Notes: generated by a model from the sequence alone, not told the origin. Counted from the first letter of the stretch, positions 11,419-25,057 are shown. The stretch is DNA of 64,000 bases from Chiloscyllium plagiosum (GCF_004010195.1 NC_057750.1:4944352-5008351), one strand, 5' to 3'. A program made the numbers and translations.

Positions 11419-13366
11419 CTGGAACGGGGAGGGAGGAGGTGACGTTACACAACAGACAAGGAGAGATCATGCAATGCCTCAAACTACAGAAATGGATCAG
11501 GCCTGACTCTGTCAGGCCTTTCAATCCTGTTCCAACATTCAATATGATCATGGCATGAGCCTCTATCTCAATTCCGTTCTTTTCTCCCTATACCCTTTGA
11601 CACCTTTAGAGTTTAAGCTTTTTCATAGAATCCCTACAATGTGGGAACAAGCCCACACTGACCCCCCAAAGAGTAACCCACTCAGATCCATTCCCTCACC
11701 CTATTACTCTACATTTGCCCCTGACTAATGCACCTAGCCTACACATCCCTGGATACTATGGGGCAATTTAGCACGGCCAATCCACCCGAACTTGCACATC
11801 CTTGGACTGTGGGAGGAAACCAGAGCACCAGGAGGAAACCCATGTAGACACAGGCAGAATGTGTTAACTCCACACAGACACAAAGTTCTGCAAACTCCAC
11901 AAAGTTCTGCATCGTCACTGCCCCTTTCGAAGAAATCCCGTAAACCCAGTCCCCAAAGTCGTCCCGCATTCCCAAGTACGTCCCCCGTGGGGGGCTAACC
12001 GCCGCAGTCCACCTCCTGGGGGTTGACCCACACTGCCCTGAGGGTGGAATCGAACCTGGGTCCCTGGCGCTGTGAGGCAGCAGTGCTAACCACTGAGCGA
12101 CCGTGCCACCCTTCTATTTGTAATCGTTTGTGGGATGCGGGTGCCGCTGGCTGGGCCCAGCCTTTATTGCCCCGTCCCTAGTTGCTCTTTGTGAAAGTGG
12201 GGCTGAGCTACCTTCTTGAACTGCTGCAGTCCATGTGCTGTGGGTTGACCCACAATGCCCTGAGGAAGGGAATTCCAGGATTCTGACCCAGTGACACTGA
12301 AGGAATGGAGATATATTTCCAAGTCAGGATGGTGAGTGGAGGGGAACTTGCAGGGGGTGGTGTTCCCATGTACCTGCTGCCCTTGTCCTTTTAGGTGGAA
12401 GTGGCCGTGGGTTTGGAAGGTGCTGTCTGAAGAGCTTTGGTGAGTTGCCGCAGCACATCTTGTAGACGGTACACACTGCTGCTACTGGAGGGAGTGGATG
12501 CTCTTGGGATGCTTTTCTTTAATTGCCTTCGATGGTGGAAAGTTCTGCATCGTCACTGCCCCTTTCGAAGAAATCCTGTAAACCCAGTCCCGCAAAGTCG
12601 TCCTGCATTCTCAAGTACATCCCGAGTGGGGGCCTAACCGCTGCAGTCCACCTCCTGGGGGTTGACTCACACTGCCCTGAGGGAGGGAATTCTGGGATTT
12701 GGACCCAGCGACGCTGAAGGAACAGCAACATATTTCCAAGTGGGATGAGGAGGGGCTTGGAGGGGAGGCTGAAAATCTGAATGCATCGCGCACACTGCTT
12801 GGCCCTTCATCAGCTCTGTCGGTTCGGTCCTCAGGTTTGTAAGGCATTCTTTCCCCTTCATAAACACGTGCTGGGACTGTCCTAGTTTCCAGCTCAGAAA
12901 GGCCACGTACCAGCTGCAACGTCAAGGTCAGAAGTCACTCAACACCAGGTTCAGGTCCAACAGGTTCACTGGAAATCACAAGTGGGCAGCGCTCCGAAAG
13001 CTTGTGATTTCAAAAACAGATTTCCCCCTCTTTTTGAACAGTCGCTTTACGCTATTTCGCTTTGAAGAAAGAGTTACATTAGCACCTAACCGAAAGAAAT
13101 CTGAAGAGGACCTTCCCCCTTTACGAAAGTCTTCCCGTATAAATTAATGCATCTTTGCCTTGCACCACTTCAGCTTATATAAAGTTTCACTCTACTTTTG
13201 GGTAGCGGGGGATACCCATAATCCTGTTGGACTATAACCCAGCATCACGTGACTTCTGACCATGTCCACCCCCTGTCTGACACCGGCACCTCCACATCGA
13301 GGCGAGCCCTTTGAGCAGAGGGGCAGGCTGGATGGGCTGATTGGCCTCCTCTTACTCCTCACTCAC

Positions 13367-13672
13367 CCGATGTCCCGGACATGGCTTCGTAGATCAGTTT
13401 GCAGGCCTTCAGCAGCTGTGTCACCTTCTTCCAGGGGGAGTACAGCATGTGCATGGTGTTGAACTTGCCCTGGATTTTGTCCAGAGCCGCAGAGTCGGGC
13501 ACGCGGGCGGTGATGCCCAGGTCTGCAAGGCTCTGCTTCTGCAGCACCAGCTGCTTGTCCCTGAGCTTGCCCAGAGAGCCATCCTTGGTGTGGAACTCCA
13601 AGAGGCAGGAGTAAATGTGGTCCCGCAAGGGTTTCAGGATACACTTCTGCAAAGCCTTTTCGATGGACGAGT
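13367..13672 (-). CDS. RINL: RINL exon, helical bundle / VPS9 N-part (IEKALQKCILKPLRDHI...YSPWKKVTQLLKACKLIYEAM)
   Basis: Acceptor ctcttccag|A, donor TCGG|gtgagt. 306 nt, phases 1 to 1. Typical RIN 'KCILKPL' and 'YSP.KKV..LL..CKLIY' motifs. Confidence 0.93.
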
Positions 13673-13854
13673 CTGGAAGAGAGACACATAAGCACAGAGG
13701 AACGGTCAGTCTCTGAGGAATAACTCCTTCTCAGGAGAAGGTCACCCATCTCAGGAAACCCCCCTCACCACCCCCCTCACCCTCGCGCCCCCCCATGACC
13801 CGAGTGGGAGCATCAACCCCATTGGTCAACTAGGTCGTTCCCAACGCCTGTGTC

Positions 13855-14300
13855 TATCATATGTTGAAAGATTGGAGTGACTGGGCTTGTATACACTTGA
13901 GGTTAGAAGACTGAGAGGGGATCTGATTGAGATATATAAGATTATTAAAGGATTGGACACTCTGTAGGCAGGAAACATGTTTCCGCTGATGTGTGAGTCC
14001 AGAACCAGAGGACACAGTTTGCAAATAAGGGGTAGGCCATTTAGAACAGAGTTGAGGAGAAACTTCTTCACCCAGAGAGTGGTGGGCGTGTGGAATGCTC
14101 TGCCCCAGGAGGCTGTGGAGGCCAAGTCTCTGATACTTTGAAGAAAGAGTTGGATGGAGCTCTTAAGGATAGTGGAATCAAGGGTTATGGGGATATGGCA
14201 GGAACAGGATACTGATTGAGGATGATCAGCCATGATCATAATGAATGGTGGTGATAGCCCAATAGGCCGAATGGCCTACTCCTGCACCTATTGTCTATTG
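13855..14300 (+). mobile_element. CR1 LINE 3' fragment
   Basis: RRLRGDLIEIYK / FFTQRVVGVWNALP motifs and ctattg tail. Confidence 0.85.
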
Positions 14301-15204
14301 TGTTCACCCATCACCATTCCGCCATTCTCTCCAACCCAATGCCCTTCTCCCACCTACCTCACTCTTTATCTGTAACTGCCCTCCCCCCTACCTCCCTTCC
14401 TGACTCCACCACCTGCCCGGCTCACTGCGTTCCTCCAGCCTCCTGTCTTTCGAATGATCCTCACTGCAGGCCATTCAGCCCCTCGGCCCTAAACCTGGTT
14501 TCATCAGCCACATCGACGCCACTTTCCCATGCTGTCCCTATGTCCACTGCTGCCATGAGTATCCAGAGATCTATCACAGAAAACAGGGGCAGGAGGTAGG
14601 CCATTTAGCCCTTCGAGCCTACTCCACCATTCAGTATCATCATGGCTGATCATCCAACCTTGTTCCTGCTTTCCACAGCCTTTGATCCCTTTAGCCCTCA
14701 GAACCGGGTCTAACTCCTTCTCAGAAACATTCAAAGCTTTGGCTTTGACCGCTTTCCATGGTAGAGAATTCCACAGGCTCCCCCACTCTCTGGGTGAAGA
14801 CATTTCTCCCCATCTCAGTCCCAAATGGCCTACCCCATATCCTCATGGTGTCAGCACCTGGTTCCATTGATCTCTGACCTGTAAGTACCCAATGACTAAG
14901 CCTCCAGAGGAAGTGGTGGATGTAGGTACAGTTACAACGTTTGAAAGACATTTGGAGAAATGAACAGGAAAGGTTTGGAAGGATACGCGGCAGGAGCAGG
15001 CAGGTGGGACTAGCTTCGTTTGGGATTATGGTCGGCATGGACTGGTTGGACCAAAGGGTCTGTTTCCATGCTGCAATACTGTATCTCAGTTTTAAATTGA
15101 TGCCCATTTTATCCCTGAGACTGAGTCCGATTCCTCTGTCATTTTTCCCATTCCTCTCTTCCAGGGTTCTCTGCTGAAGGAGGAGTCTGGGGGAGTAATT
15201 CCTG

Positions 15205-15580
15205 GAATCATAGAGATGTACAGCACGGAAACAGACCCTTCAGTCCAACTCATCCATGCCGACCAGATATCCTAACCTAATCCAGTCCCATTTGGCAGCA
15301 CTTGGCCCATATCCCTCCAAACCCTTCCTATTCATGTACCCATCCAGATGCCTTTTAAATGCTGTAATTGTACCAGCCTCCACCACTTCCTCTGGCAGCT
15401 CATTCCATACACACACCACCCTCTGTGTGAAAAAGTTGCCCCTTGGGTCCCTTTTAAATCTTGCCCCTCTCACCTTAAAGCTATGCCCTCTAGTTCTGGA
15501 ATCCCCCACTCCAGAGGGAAAAGACCTTGCCCTATTAACCCTATCCATGCCCCTCATGATTTTATAAACCTCTATAAGGT
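15205..15580 (-). mobile_element. CR1/HER1 LINE 3' fragment
   Basis: LIEVYKIMRG...NFFTQRVVCVWNELP motif. Confidence 0.88.
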
Positions 15581-15924
15581 GATCCTTATAAACCGGGTCC
15601 TTGTGGAACAGCTTGTGTTCAGAGATCAAAGTTGGCTGCCTGACAGCCCTCACCGGCAGGAAGTGAAGGAGTGAACTAGACAACTCTCTCCATTCACTGA
15701 CTTCACTTTGATGAAAACCACATGCCCTTGTGACTGGGCCAGATCACTGCGAATGATTCCGGCCGATTGCACAGACCCGAGACGAGATGGGGGGAGGTGA
15801 GTAAATATAGAACCGCACGCCCTTAGTAATCACGTGATTTCCCAAAAAACACAGCCAGTCAAAAAATAAACGTGTGAAACTGAAATCGCTTACTCTCGTT
15901 CATTGCCGTCCCTAACCGTCCCCT

Positions 15925-16550
15925 AGTTTAATTCAGATAAATGCGAGGTGCTGCATTTTGGGAAAGCAAATCTTAGCAGGACTTATACATTTAATGGTAA
16001 GGTCCTAGGGAGTGTTGCTGAACAAAGAGACCTTGGAGTGCAGGTTCATAGCTCCTTGATTTACAAGGATGTTGCCAGGGTTGGAGGATTTGAGCTATAG
16101 GGAGAGGTTGAATAAGCTAGGGCTATTTTCCCTGGAGCGTCGCAGGCTTAGGAGTGACTTTATAGAGGTTTACAAACTTATGAGGGGCATGGATAGGGTA
16201 AATAGGCAAAGTCTTTTCCCTGGGTTTGGGGGGTTCCAGAACTAGAGGGCATAGGTTTAGGGTGAGAGGGGAAAGATATAAAAGAGATTTAAGGGGCAAC
16301 TCTTTCACGCAGAGGATGGTACGTGTGTGGAATGAGCTGCCAGAGGAAGTGGTGGAGGCTGGTACAATTACAACATTTAAGAGGCATTTGGATGGGTATA
16401 TGAATAGGAAGGGTTTGGAGGGATATGGGCCGGGTGCTGGCCCAGATTCCTGGGTGCTGGTAGAACTAGATTGGGTTGGGATATCTGGTCGGCATGGACG
16501 GATTGGACCAAAGGGTCTGTTTCCATGCTGTACATCTCTATGACTCTATG
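15925..16550 (+). mobile_element. CR1/HER1 LINE 3' fragment (internally deleted)
   Basis: KCEVLHFG...RDLGV then WNELPEEVVEAG; ctctatgactctatga tail. Confidence 0.88.
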
Positions 16551-17165
16551 ATTTCGTCACGAGACACACACTTCTTAAAAAAATTTAATTGAAATTCTAC
16601 CATCTGCCGTGGCAGGATTTGAACCGGGGACACCAGAACATTACCTGGGTCTCTGGACTAATTTCCTGCCAAAAATGGCAGTGGTGTTTTCACTGGACTG
16701 TTAATCCAGTAACCCAGGTAATGTTCTGGGGACCCCAGTTTAAACCCTGTCACGGCAGATAGTGGAATTTAAATTCAATAAATGTCTGGAATTGAGAGCC
16801 TAATGATGACCATGTATCCATTGTCGGAAAAGCCCGTCTGGTTCACTAATGTCCTTTAGGGAAGGAAACTATCATCCTTACTTAGTCTGGCCTACATGTG
16901 ACTCCAGACCCACAGCAATGGGGTTGACTCTTAACTGCCCTCTGGGGCAATTAGGGATGGGCAATAAATGCTGGCCCAGACAGTGGCGCCCTCATCCCGT
17001 GAATGAATTTTAAAAACCCACTACACCATCACCTCCCCTATATATAGCTTACTTTAGATTTTGTGTAAAATCTGCTCCGGATACAGAATAAAATCTACTC
17101 CAGATTTAGGGTAAAACCTGTTCTGGATTCAGGATTGAGTGTGAAGATGCGGTCACCGTGGTTAC

Positions 17166-17876
17166 CTATATCACACTCCTCGTGCTCGGTCTGGTCCAGG
17201 ATGGGAGTGAGCTCCGAGCTCTGGCTCAGGTAGTTGCGGAGGCTGGCGATCATGTGGTAGATGGCCTGCAGCATCTCGGTGCTGCTGGCGTACTTGTACC
17301 GGTTCTGGCGCGTGTACGAGATGAAGCCTTGGACCAGGCCTCCGAAGTAGGAGCCCTTGTCCTGACCCAGCTCCTCGATCTTGTTACGGACCCGGCGGTC
17401 AGCAGACACCAGGCCGGTTAAGGCATGGCCCACGGCCGACAGGCGATAACGCACCCTGTCGGACAGGCCGCTCGAGGGACGTTTCTGCTGCATCTGGGCT
17501 GCACTGGTCACATCGCCCTCATCCTCCACGCTGCTGATGGACAGCGAGTCCAGCTCCGAGATGGAGGGGAGAGGCGGGCTGTCGCAGGCAAACAGAGACG
17601 CCTCCGAGTGGGACTTGGTCAGCGACGGCAAGGTCCCCCGCTCGCCCGCTCCCAGCCACGAGGCCCGGTAGTGGGCCGGGAGGGTGCGGCTGCTCCCAGG
17701 CCCCGTCTCTGAGCTGGTACTCTTAGGCCTGGGCCTTTCCCGCTCCATGTCCTCGCTTTCCGGGGCCTCACTCTCGGCATCTTCCCCCCAGCTCCAGGCC
17801 GCCCGCCGTGTGAAGTTCTTTCTCCTCAGAGCCGCCACGTTATTGTCCGAAACCATGTCCCTCCCCAGGCTGGGGC
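17166..17876 (-). CDS. RINL: RINL large exon, Ser-rich linker plus RIN-homology (RH) region (ELGQDKGSYFGGLVQGFI...SSTEMLQAIYHMIASLRNYLSQSSEL)
   Basis: Acceptor tcctgtgtag|G, donor ATAG|gtaacc. 711 nt, phases 1 to 1. GC-rich open frame with RH-domain motifs. Confidence 0.92.
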
Positions 17877-18269
17877 CTACACAGGAAACAGAACATCAGA
17901 AACAGTGAGGAGACTTTTGGAAATTACGGGACGGGGTTTCAACAGGAGAGGAAATCGCATACAATTCTGGTGGCCCCGCTGTAGGAAGGATGTTGTTAAA
18001 CTCTAGACAGTGCAGGAAATGAAGCTAGATTCAAAATGGCGCCAACACAGGGACATTCTTTACGAGATCTCTACTGCCCAATTGTATTCTCACATTTCTA
18101 GCAATCGTTGCCCCCCTTTCAACCTCAATTCTAAGTCATAGAATCAAAGAATCCCAACAGTGTGGAAACAGGCCCTTCAGCCCAACAAGTCCACACCAAC
18201 CCTCCGAAGAGTAACCCACCCAGACCCATTCCCCTACCTTATTACTCTACATTTACACCTGTCTAATGC

Positions 18270-18485
18270 ACATCCCTGAACACTATGGGGCAATTCAGAA
18301 TGGCCAATCCACCCTACCCTGCACATCCCTGAATACTATGGGGCAATTCAGCATGGCCAATCCACCCTACCCTGCACATCCCTGAATACTATGGGGCAAT
18401 TCAGGATGGCCAATCCACCCTACCCTGCACATCCCTGAATACTATGGGGCAATTCAGCATGGCCAATCCACCTAAACCTGCACAA
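18270..18485. repeat. 53-bp tandem amplification within a V-SINE (about 4 copies)
   Basis: cacatccctgaatactatggggcaattcagcatggccaatccaccctaccctg repeated. Confidence 0.9.
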
Positions 18486-19604
18486 CTTTGGACCATGGGA
18501 GGAAACTGGAGCACCCGGAGGAAGCCCACGCAGACACGAGAAGAATTGAGCTGTAACATTGTATTCCACACCCTGATGCACTTTGTATAGTATGATCTAC
18601 CTGTACTGCATGCAAAACAAAACTTTTCACTCTCCTTGGCTACATGTGACAATGATAAATCAAATCAAAGCTAAAAATATTTATTGGGATGTAACTGGGT
18701 TTGGAAGGAAAGGCTGGGGCTTTATCTCCTGGAGTGGAAGAGGCTCAGAGGTGACCAGTTTATAAAATGATGGAGAGGCTGAAGAGCAAAGGTCTTTTCC
18801 CCATCGTGGGGTAGTTCAAAGGGCCTAGGTATAAAGGTGAAAGGATTTAAAAAGGGTGGTGCATGTATGGAACGAACTGCCAGAGGAAGTGGGAGAGACT
18901 TGTACAATTACAGCATTTAAAAGACATTTGGGCAGGTACATGGATAGGAAAGGTTTTGAGGGATATGGGCCAAATGCAGGCAAATGGGACTAGTTCAGCT
19001 TAGGAAATCTGGTCAGCATGGATGAGTTGGGCCGAAGGGTCTGTTTCCGTGCTGTCTGACTGTTTTTTAAAAAATTCATTCATGAGCCAAGGGTGTCGCT
19101 GGCTAGGCCCAGCATTTATTGGCCGTCTCTAATTACCCAGAGGGCAGTTTTAGAGTCAACCACATTGTTGTGGGTCTGGGGACACCTGGAGGCCAGACCG
19201 GGTAAGGATGGCAGATTCCACAGAATCATAGAATGTCTCCGGTGAGATTTGAACTCTATTTCTCCTGTTTACAAGGAAGGCACTTTCACCCCGTTCTAAC
19301 CCCACCTGGTCCAGAGACGTGTAATAACATCTCTGAACTGATTGATTAGAAACAGAGATTAAATAAAAAGAAACCTATAATCCCTCCAGTGCAGGGAAAA
19401 GTCATTAGGGCCCATTGAATCTGCACTGACTGTCCGAAGAGCATCCCACCCAATCCCTATAGCCCTGCATTTCCCATGGCTAACCTACCTCGCCTACACA
19501 TCTCGGGACACAATGGGGGCAGTTTAGTGTGGCCAATCCACTCTAACCTGCACATCTTTGGACTGTGGGAGGAATCCGGAGCACCCGGAGGAACACAGAG
19601 CAAT

Positions 19605-22495
19605 ACTGTGCAAAGCAGACCTAATGGCCCTCAATATTGCGCTGATCTGTGAACTAGTCTAAGCCCATCCCCCTATATGATCCCATCATCATCCATGTGC
19701 TTATCCAAGGATTGTTTAAATCTCCCTAATGTGGCTGAGTTAACTATACTGGTAGGTAGGGCATTCCACACCCTTACCACTCTCTGAGTAAAGAACCTGC
19801 CTCTGACATCTGTCTTTAATCCATCACCCCTTGTCCTTGTACAAGCCAACATCATCATCCTATGAAAAAGACTCTCATTGCCCACCCTATCTAATCCTCT
19901 GATCATCTTTTATGTCTCTATCAAATCCCCCCTTATCCTTCTTCTCTCCAATGAGAACAGACTCAAGTCCCTCAGCCTGTCCTCATAAGACCTTCCTTCC
20001 AGACCAGGAAACATCCTGGTAAATCTCCTCTGCACCTTTTCCAATGCTTCCACATCCTTCCTGTTATGGGGCGACCAGAACTGTACACAATATTCGAAGT
20101 GAGACTGCACTAGCGTTCTGTATAGTTGCAGCAGGATATTGTGGCTCCAGAACTCAATCCCTCTATCAATAAAACCGAACACGCTGTATGCCTTCTTAAC
20201 AGCACTATCAACCTGGGTGGCAACTTTCAGGGATATATGGACGTGGACTCCAAGATCCCTCTGCACATCCACACTACCAAGAATCTTTCCATTGACCCAA
20301 TACTCTGCCTTCCTGCTATTCTTCCCAAAGTGCATCACCTCACATTTGGCTGCATTGAACTCCATTTGCCATCTCTCAGCCCAATTCTGCAGTTTATCCA
20401 AGTCCCCCTGCAACCTGTAACATTCTTCCACATTGTCCCCCACTCCACTGACTTTAGTGTCATCTGCAAATTCACTAACCCATCCACCTATGCCTGCATC
20501 CAAGTCATTTATAAAAATGACAAACAGCAGTGGTCCCAAAACAGATTCTCATGACATACCACTAGTAACCGGACTCCAGGCTGAATATTTTCCATCAACC
20601 ACCACTCACTGCCTTCTTTCAGAAAGCCAGTTTCTAATTCAAACTGCTAAATCACCCTCAATCCCATGCCTCTGCATTTTCACCAACAGCCTACCATGTG
20701 GAACCTTATCAAAGGCTTTACTGAAGTCCATATATACCACATCAACTGTCCTACCCTCATCTACATACTTGGTCACCTTCTCAAAAAACTCAATGTGGTT
20801 TGTGAGACACACCTGCCCTTGACAAAACCATGTTGACGATCTCCAATCAAATTGTTGCTTGCCAGTTGATTATAAATCCTATCTCTTATAATCCTTTCCA
20901 AAATTTTTCCTACAACAGACGTAGGGCTCACGGGTCTATAATTACTTGGGTCATCTCTACTGCCCTTCTTGAACAAGAGCACAACATTTGAAACCTCCAG
21001 TCCTCTGGTACTAAACCTGTGGACAATGATGAATCAAGTATCAAAGCCAAAGGCTCTGCCATCTCCTCCCTAGCTTCCCAGAGAATCCTCGGATAAATCC
21101 CATCCAGCCCAGGGGACTTATCTACTTTCACACTTTCTAGAATTGATAACACCTGCTCCTTACTAACCTCAGTCCTTTCCAGTCTAATAGCCCGTATCTC
21201 ATTCTTCTCCTCTACAATATTCTCCTTTTCCTGTGTGAAAACAGATGAGAAATGTTCGTTTAGCTCCTCTCTGATCTCCACAGGGTCCACACACAACTTC
21301 CCACTTCTCTCCGTGACTGGCCTTAATCTTACCCGTCATCCTTTTATTCCTCACATACCTATAGAAAGCTTTAGGGTTCTCCTTTATTTTACCTGCTAAA
21401 GACTGCTCATGTCCCCTCCTTGCTCTTCTTAACTCTCTTTTTAAATCCTTCCGAGCTGATCTGTAACTCTCCATCGCCTCATTTGAACCATCTCGTCTCA
21501 ATGTCACATCAGCCTCTTTCTTCCGCTTAACAAGAGATGCAATTTCTGTAGTAAACCACAGTTCCCTTACCTTATCACTTCCTCCCTGCCTGACAGGGAC
21601 ATACCTACACATGCAATATGTGTTCCTTAAACCAGTTCCACATTTCAATTATCCCCATCCCCTGCATTTTGCTGCCCCATTCTATGCCTCCTAAGTCTTG
21701 TCTAATTGCATTATAATTGCCCTTCCCCATTTACAACTCTTGCCATGTGGCATGTACCTATTCCTTTCCATCGCTAAACTAAACGTAACTGAATTATGGT
21801 TACTCGCTCCAAAATGCTCACCTACAACTAAATCAAACACCTGGCCTGGGTCAGATCCAGTGTGGCCTCCCCTCTTGTCGGCCCTTCGACATACTGTGTC
21901 AGGAAACCCTCCTGTACACATTGGACAAAAACTGATTCATCTGATGTACTAGAGTTATAGCATTTCCAGTCAATGTTGGGGAGGTTAAAGTCCCTCAAAA
22001 TGACCACCCTGTTCCTTTCACTCCTACCCAGAATCATTTTGCCGATTCTCTCTTCTACCTCCCTGGAACTCTGCGGAGGCCTATAAAAAACTCCAAACAA
22101 TGTGACCTCTCCTCTCCTGGTTCTAACCTCAGCCCATACCACCTCAGTAGACGAGCCCTTGTCAAAAGGTCTGGCAGCCACTGTTATAATGTCCTTGACT
22201 AACAAAGTCACACTTCCCACTCTTACCACCTTCCCTGTCCTTAATGAAAGATCTAAACCCTGGAACCTGCAACATCCATTCCTGACCCCTCTTCTCTCCT
22301 GGTTCTAACCTCAGCCCATACCACCTCAGTAGATGAGCCCTTGTCAAAAGGTCTGACAGCCACTGTTATAATGTCCTTGACTAACAAAGTCACACTTCCC
22401 ACTCTTACCACCTTCCCTGTCCTTAATGAAAGATCTAAACCCTGGAACCTGCAACATCCATTCCTGACCCAGCTCTATCCATGTCTCCGAAATGG
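19605..22495 (-). mobile_element. Decayed CR1-clade LINE, near-complete ORF2 (APE endonuclease + reverse transcriptase), frameshifted
   Basis: Consecutive ORF fragments: GVFYRPP / DFNLPNIDW (endonuclease), KSPGLDGIYP, NYRPVS, QHGF, GPLLFVIFINDL, FADDTK (RT), EYCVQFWSP. Confidence 0.93.
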
Positions 22496-23994
22496 CCACA
22501 AAGACACGCAGACACAGGGAGAATGTGCAAACTCCATACAGACAGGCACCTGAGGCTGGAATTGAACCCGGGTCCCTGGCGCTTTGAGGCAGCGGTGCTA
22601 ACCCCAAAGGATTTCCTTCCTTAAAGGACATTCATGAACCGGATGTTTTGTTCCTGACAACAGCTATCATTAGACTCTTAATTTCAGTTTTTTTTTATTG
22701 AATTCAAATTCCACCATCTGCCATGGCAGGATTTGAACCGGAATCCCCAGGGTCTCTGGATTAACAGTCTAGCGATAATACCTCTGGCCATCATCTACAG
22801 CAGAGAGAAGTGAGTTCGCACCGGTCAAAATCAGCCACCTAACTATTCAAATCCCACTTTGCAGCTCTTGGCCTATAGTCTTGGCATTGCAAGTGTTTTT
22901 CTAAATCCTTCTTTAATGTAATGAGGGTTTCTGCCTCTCCCACACTCACAGGCAGGGAGTACCAGGCTCCCATCACCCTCTCGATGTAAATATGTTTTTT
23001 CACATCTTCTCTAAACCTCCTGCCCCTTCCCTTTAAATCGATGCCCACTGGGCATTGATCCCTCTACCAAAGGGAGATATTTCTTCCTGTCCACACTATC
23101 TATGCCCCTCGTAATTTTACACATCTCACTAGCAGCAGTGTGCACCATCTACAAGACGTACTGCAGAAATTCACCAAAGATCCTCAGGCAGCACCTTCCA
23201 AACCCACGGCCACTTCCATCTGGAAGGACAAGGGCAGCAGGTACATGGGAACACCACCCCCTGCAAGGTCCCCTCCACCCCCCATCCTGACTTGGGAATA
23301 TATCGCCGTTCCTTCAGTGTCGCTGGGTCAGAATCCTGGAATTCCCTTCCTCATGGCATTGTGGGTCAACCCACAGCACACGGACTGCAGCGGTTCAAGA
23401 AGGCAGCTCACCCCCACCTTCTCAAGGGGGCAACTGGAGACGGGTGATAAATGCTGGGCCCAGCCAGATATCCCACCAATGAATTTTAAAAAATCATGTC
23501 CCTCCTTTTGCTCCCAGGAAAATAACCCCAATCTGGCCAATCTCTCTTCATAAGTAAGACTCTCCAGCCCAGCCAACATCTTGGTAAATCTCCCTCTGCA
23601 CGCTCAACCAGTGTTGTTACATCCCTCCTGTAACACGGATTCCAGAACTGTACACAGAATGGTTTCGGAACTGCCAATAGGGAAGGAAGGGTCTTCCATT
23701 TTGTTTTGGTGGAAGCACGAGGGGCTGTGGTCATGGGTACACCAAATGAGGAACTGAGAAGGGGTTCTTTGCCCCAGGAGCAGTGAGGATGTGGAACTCC
23801 CTCCCCCCAGATAGTGGCTATGGCGAACAGAGCAGTGCAGGGGAACTCCAATCTGTGCACAAGAGAGAAAAGGGAATTAGTTTGACCTTGTGAAGGAGAC
23901 AGGCCCTCCAATCTGTTCTTTTTATTTCATTCAGGGGATGTGTCAGGGCAGGGTTTGTTTTGGCTACTCGTGGGAATTTGGCACAAATGGCTGT

Positions 23995-24640
23995 CCCAGT
24001 AACCCCACATTCCCCATGATCCTAACCTACACATCCCTGTGCACTATGAGTAATTCCCCATGGCTAATCCACCCTAACCTGCACATCCCTGGGCACTATG
24101 GGGCAATTCAGCATGGCCAATCCACCTTAACCTGCACATCCCTGGGCACTATGGGACAATTTAGCATGGCCAATCCACCCTAACCTGCACATCCCTGGGC
24201 ACTATGGGACAATTTAGCATGGCCAATCCACCCTAACCTGCACATCCCTGAATACTATGGGACAATTTAGCATGGCCAATCCACCCTAACCTGCACATCC
24301 CTAAACACTATGAGGCAATTTAGCATGGCCAATCCGCCCAAACCTTGACATTCCTGAACACTATGGGTAATTTAGCATGGCCAATCCACCCAAACCTTGA
24401 CATTCCTGAACACTATGGGTAATTCACCATGGCTAAGCCACCCTAACTGAGACATCCCTGAGCACTGCTGGGCAACTTAGCACTGCCAATTCACCCTAAC
24501 CTGCACATCTTTGGATTGTGGGAGGAAACCCACGCAGACATGGGGAGAATGTACAAACTTCACACAGACAGTCGCCCGAGGCTGGAACTGAACCCGAGTC
24601 CCTGGTGCCGTGAGGCAGCAATGCTAACCACTGAGCCACC
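23995..24640 (-). mobile_element. HE1-type V-SINE with internal 53-bp tandem amplification
   Basis: SINE head at 24640-24515, followed by about 9 copies of cacatccctg...catggccaatccaccctaacctg. Confidence 0.85.
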
Positions 24641-24664
24641 AGAGCCCAAAGAGAATCTGGTTAC

Positions 24665-25057
24665 CTTTGAAAGCGTCCTCTTCTTCCAGGCTGTTCCCAG
24701 AATCCAATGTCTCTACAGCATTTGCCGACGCTGCCTCCTGCTGGTTTCGGGGGGAAGTGGGAGTTGCTTTGCAGCCAGTCCATGCTGGTGTCTTGTTCCT
24801 GGTCGCCAGGCACGAGGGCCCGAAGGCCTGTGTCTGCAGTGGGACCTTGGTGACCCAGCTGTCCCCATGCTCCCTCAGGAAAAGGGGGTTGATGAAGAAG
24901 AGGGCACCGTTCTCGGCCGTCACTTGGATGGAGCACATCGGGAGGGGCTGCTGCTTCAGGAGTCCGAAGCCGGATGTGGGATTGACAGCCAAGGCGTCCC
25001 CCTCGACTTCCCGGAATGTCGTATCCTGGCTCTGGTTGAATAGGGATTCCCAGAACA
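24665..25057 (-). CDS. RINL: RINL exon (MFWESLF...CSIQVTAENGALFFINPLFLREHGD...DAFK)
   Basis: Acceptor ctccgtccag|T, donor AAAG|gtaacc. 393 nt, phases 1 to 1. Contains the RIN-family 'GAL.FINPLFL' motif. Confidence 0.88.

Noticed and set aside
17158..17908. Plus-strand ORFs overlapping the large RINL exon
   Set aside because: Antisense shadows of GC-rich coding sequence.
19910..20539. Active autonomous LINE
   Set aside because: ORF2 is broken by several frameshifts, stops and an internal duplication, and no ORF1 is present.
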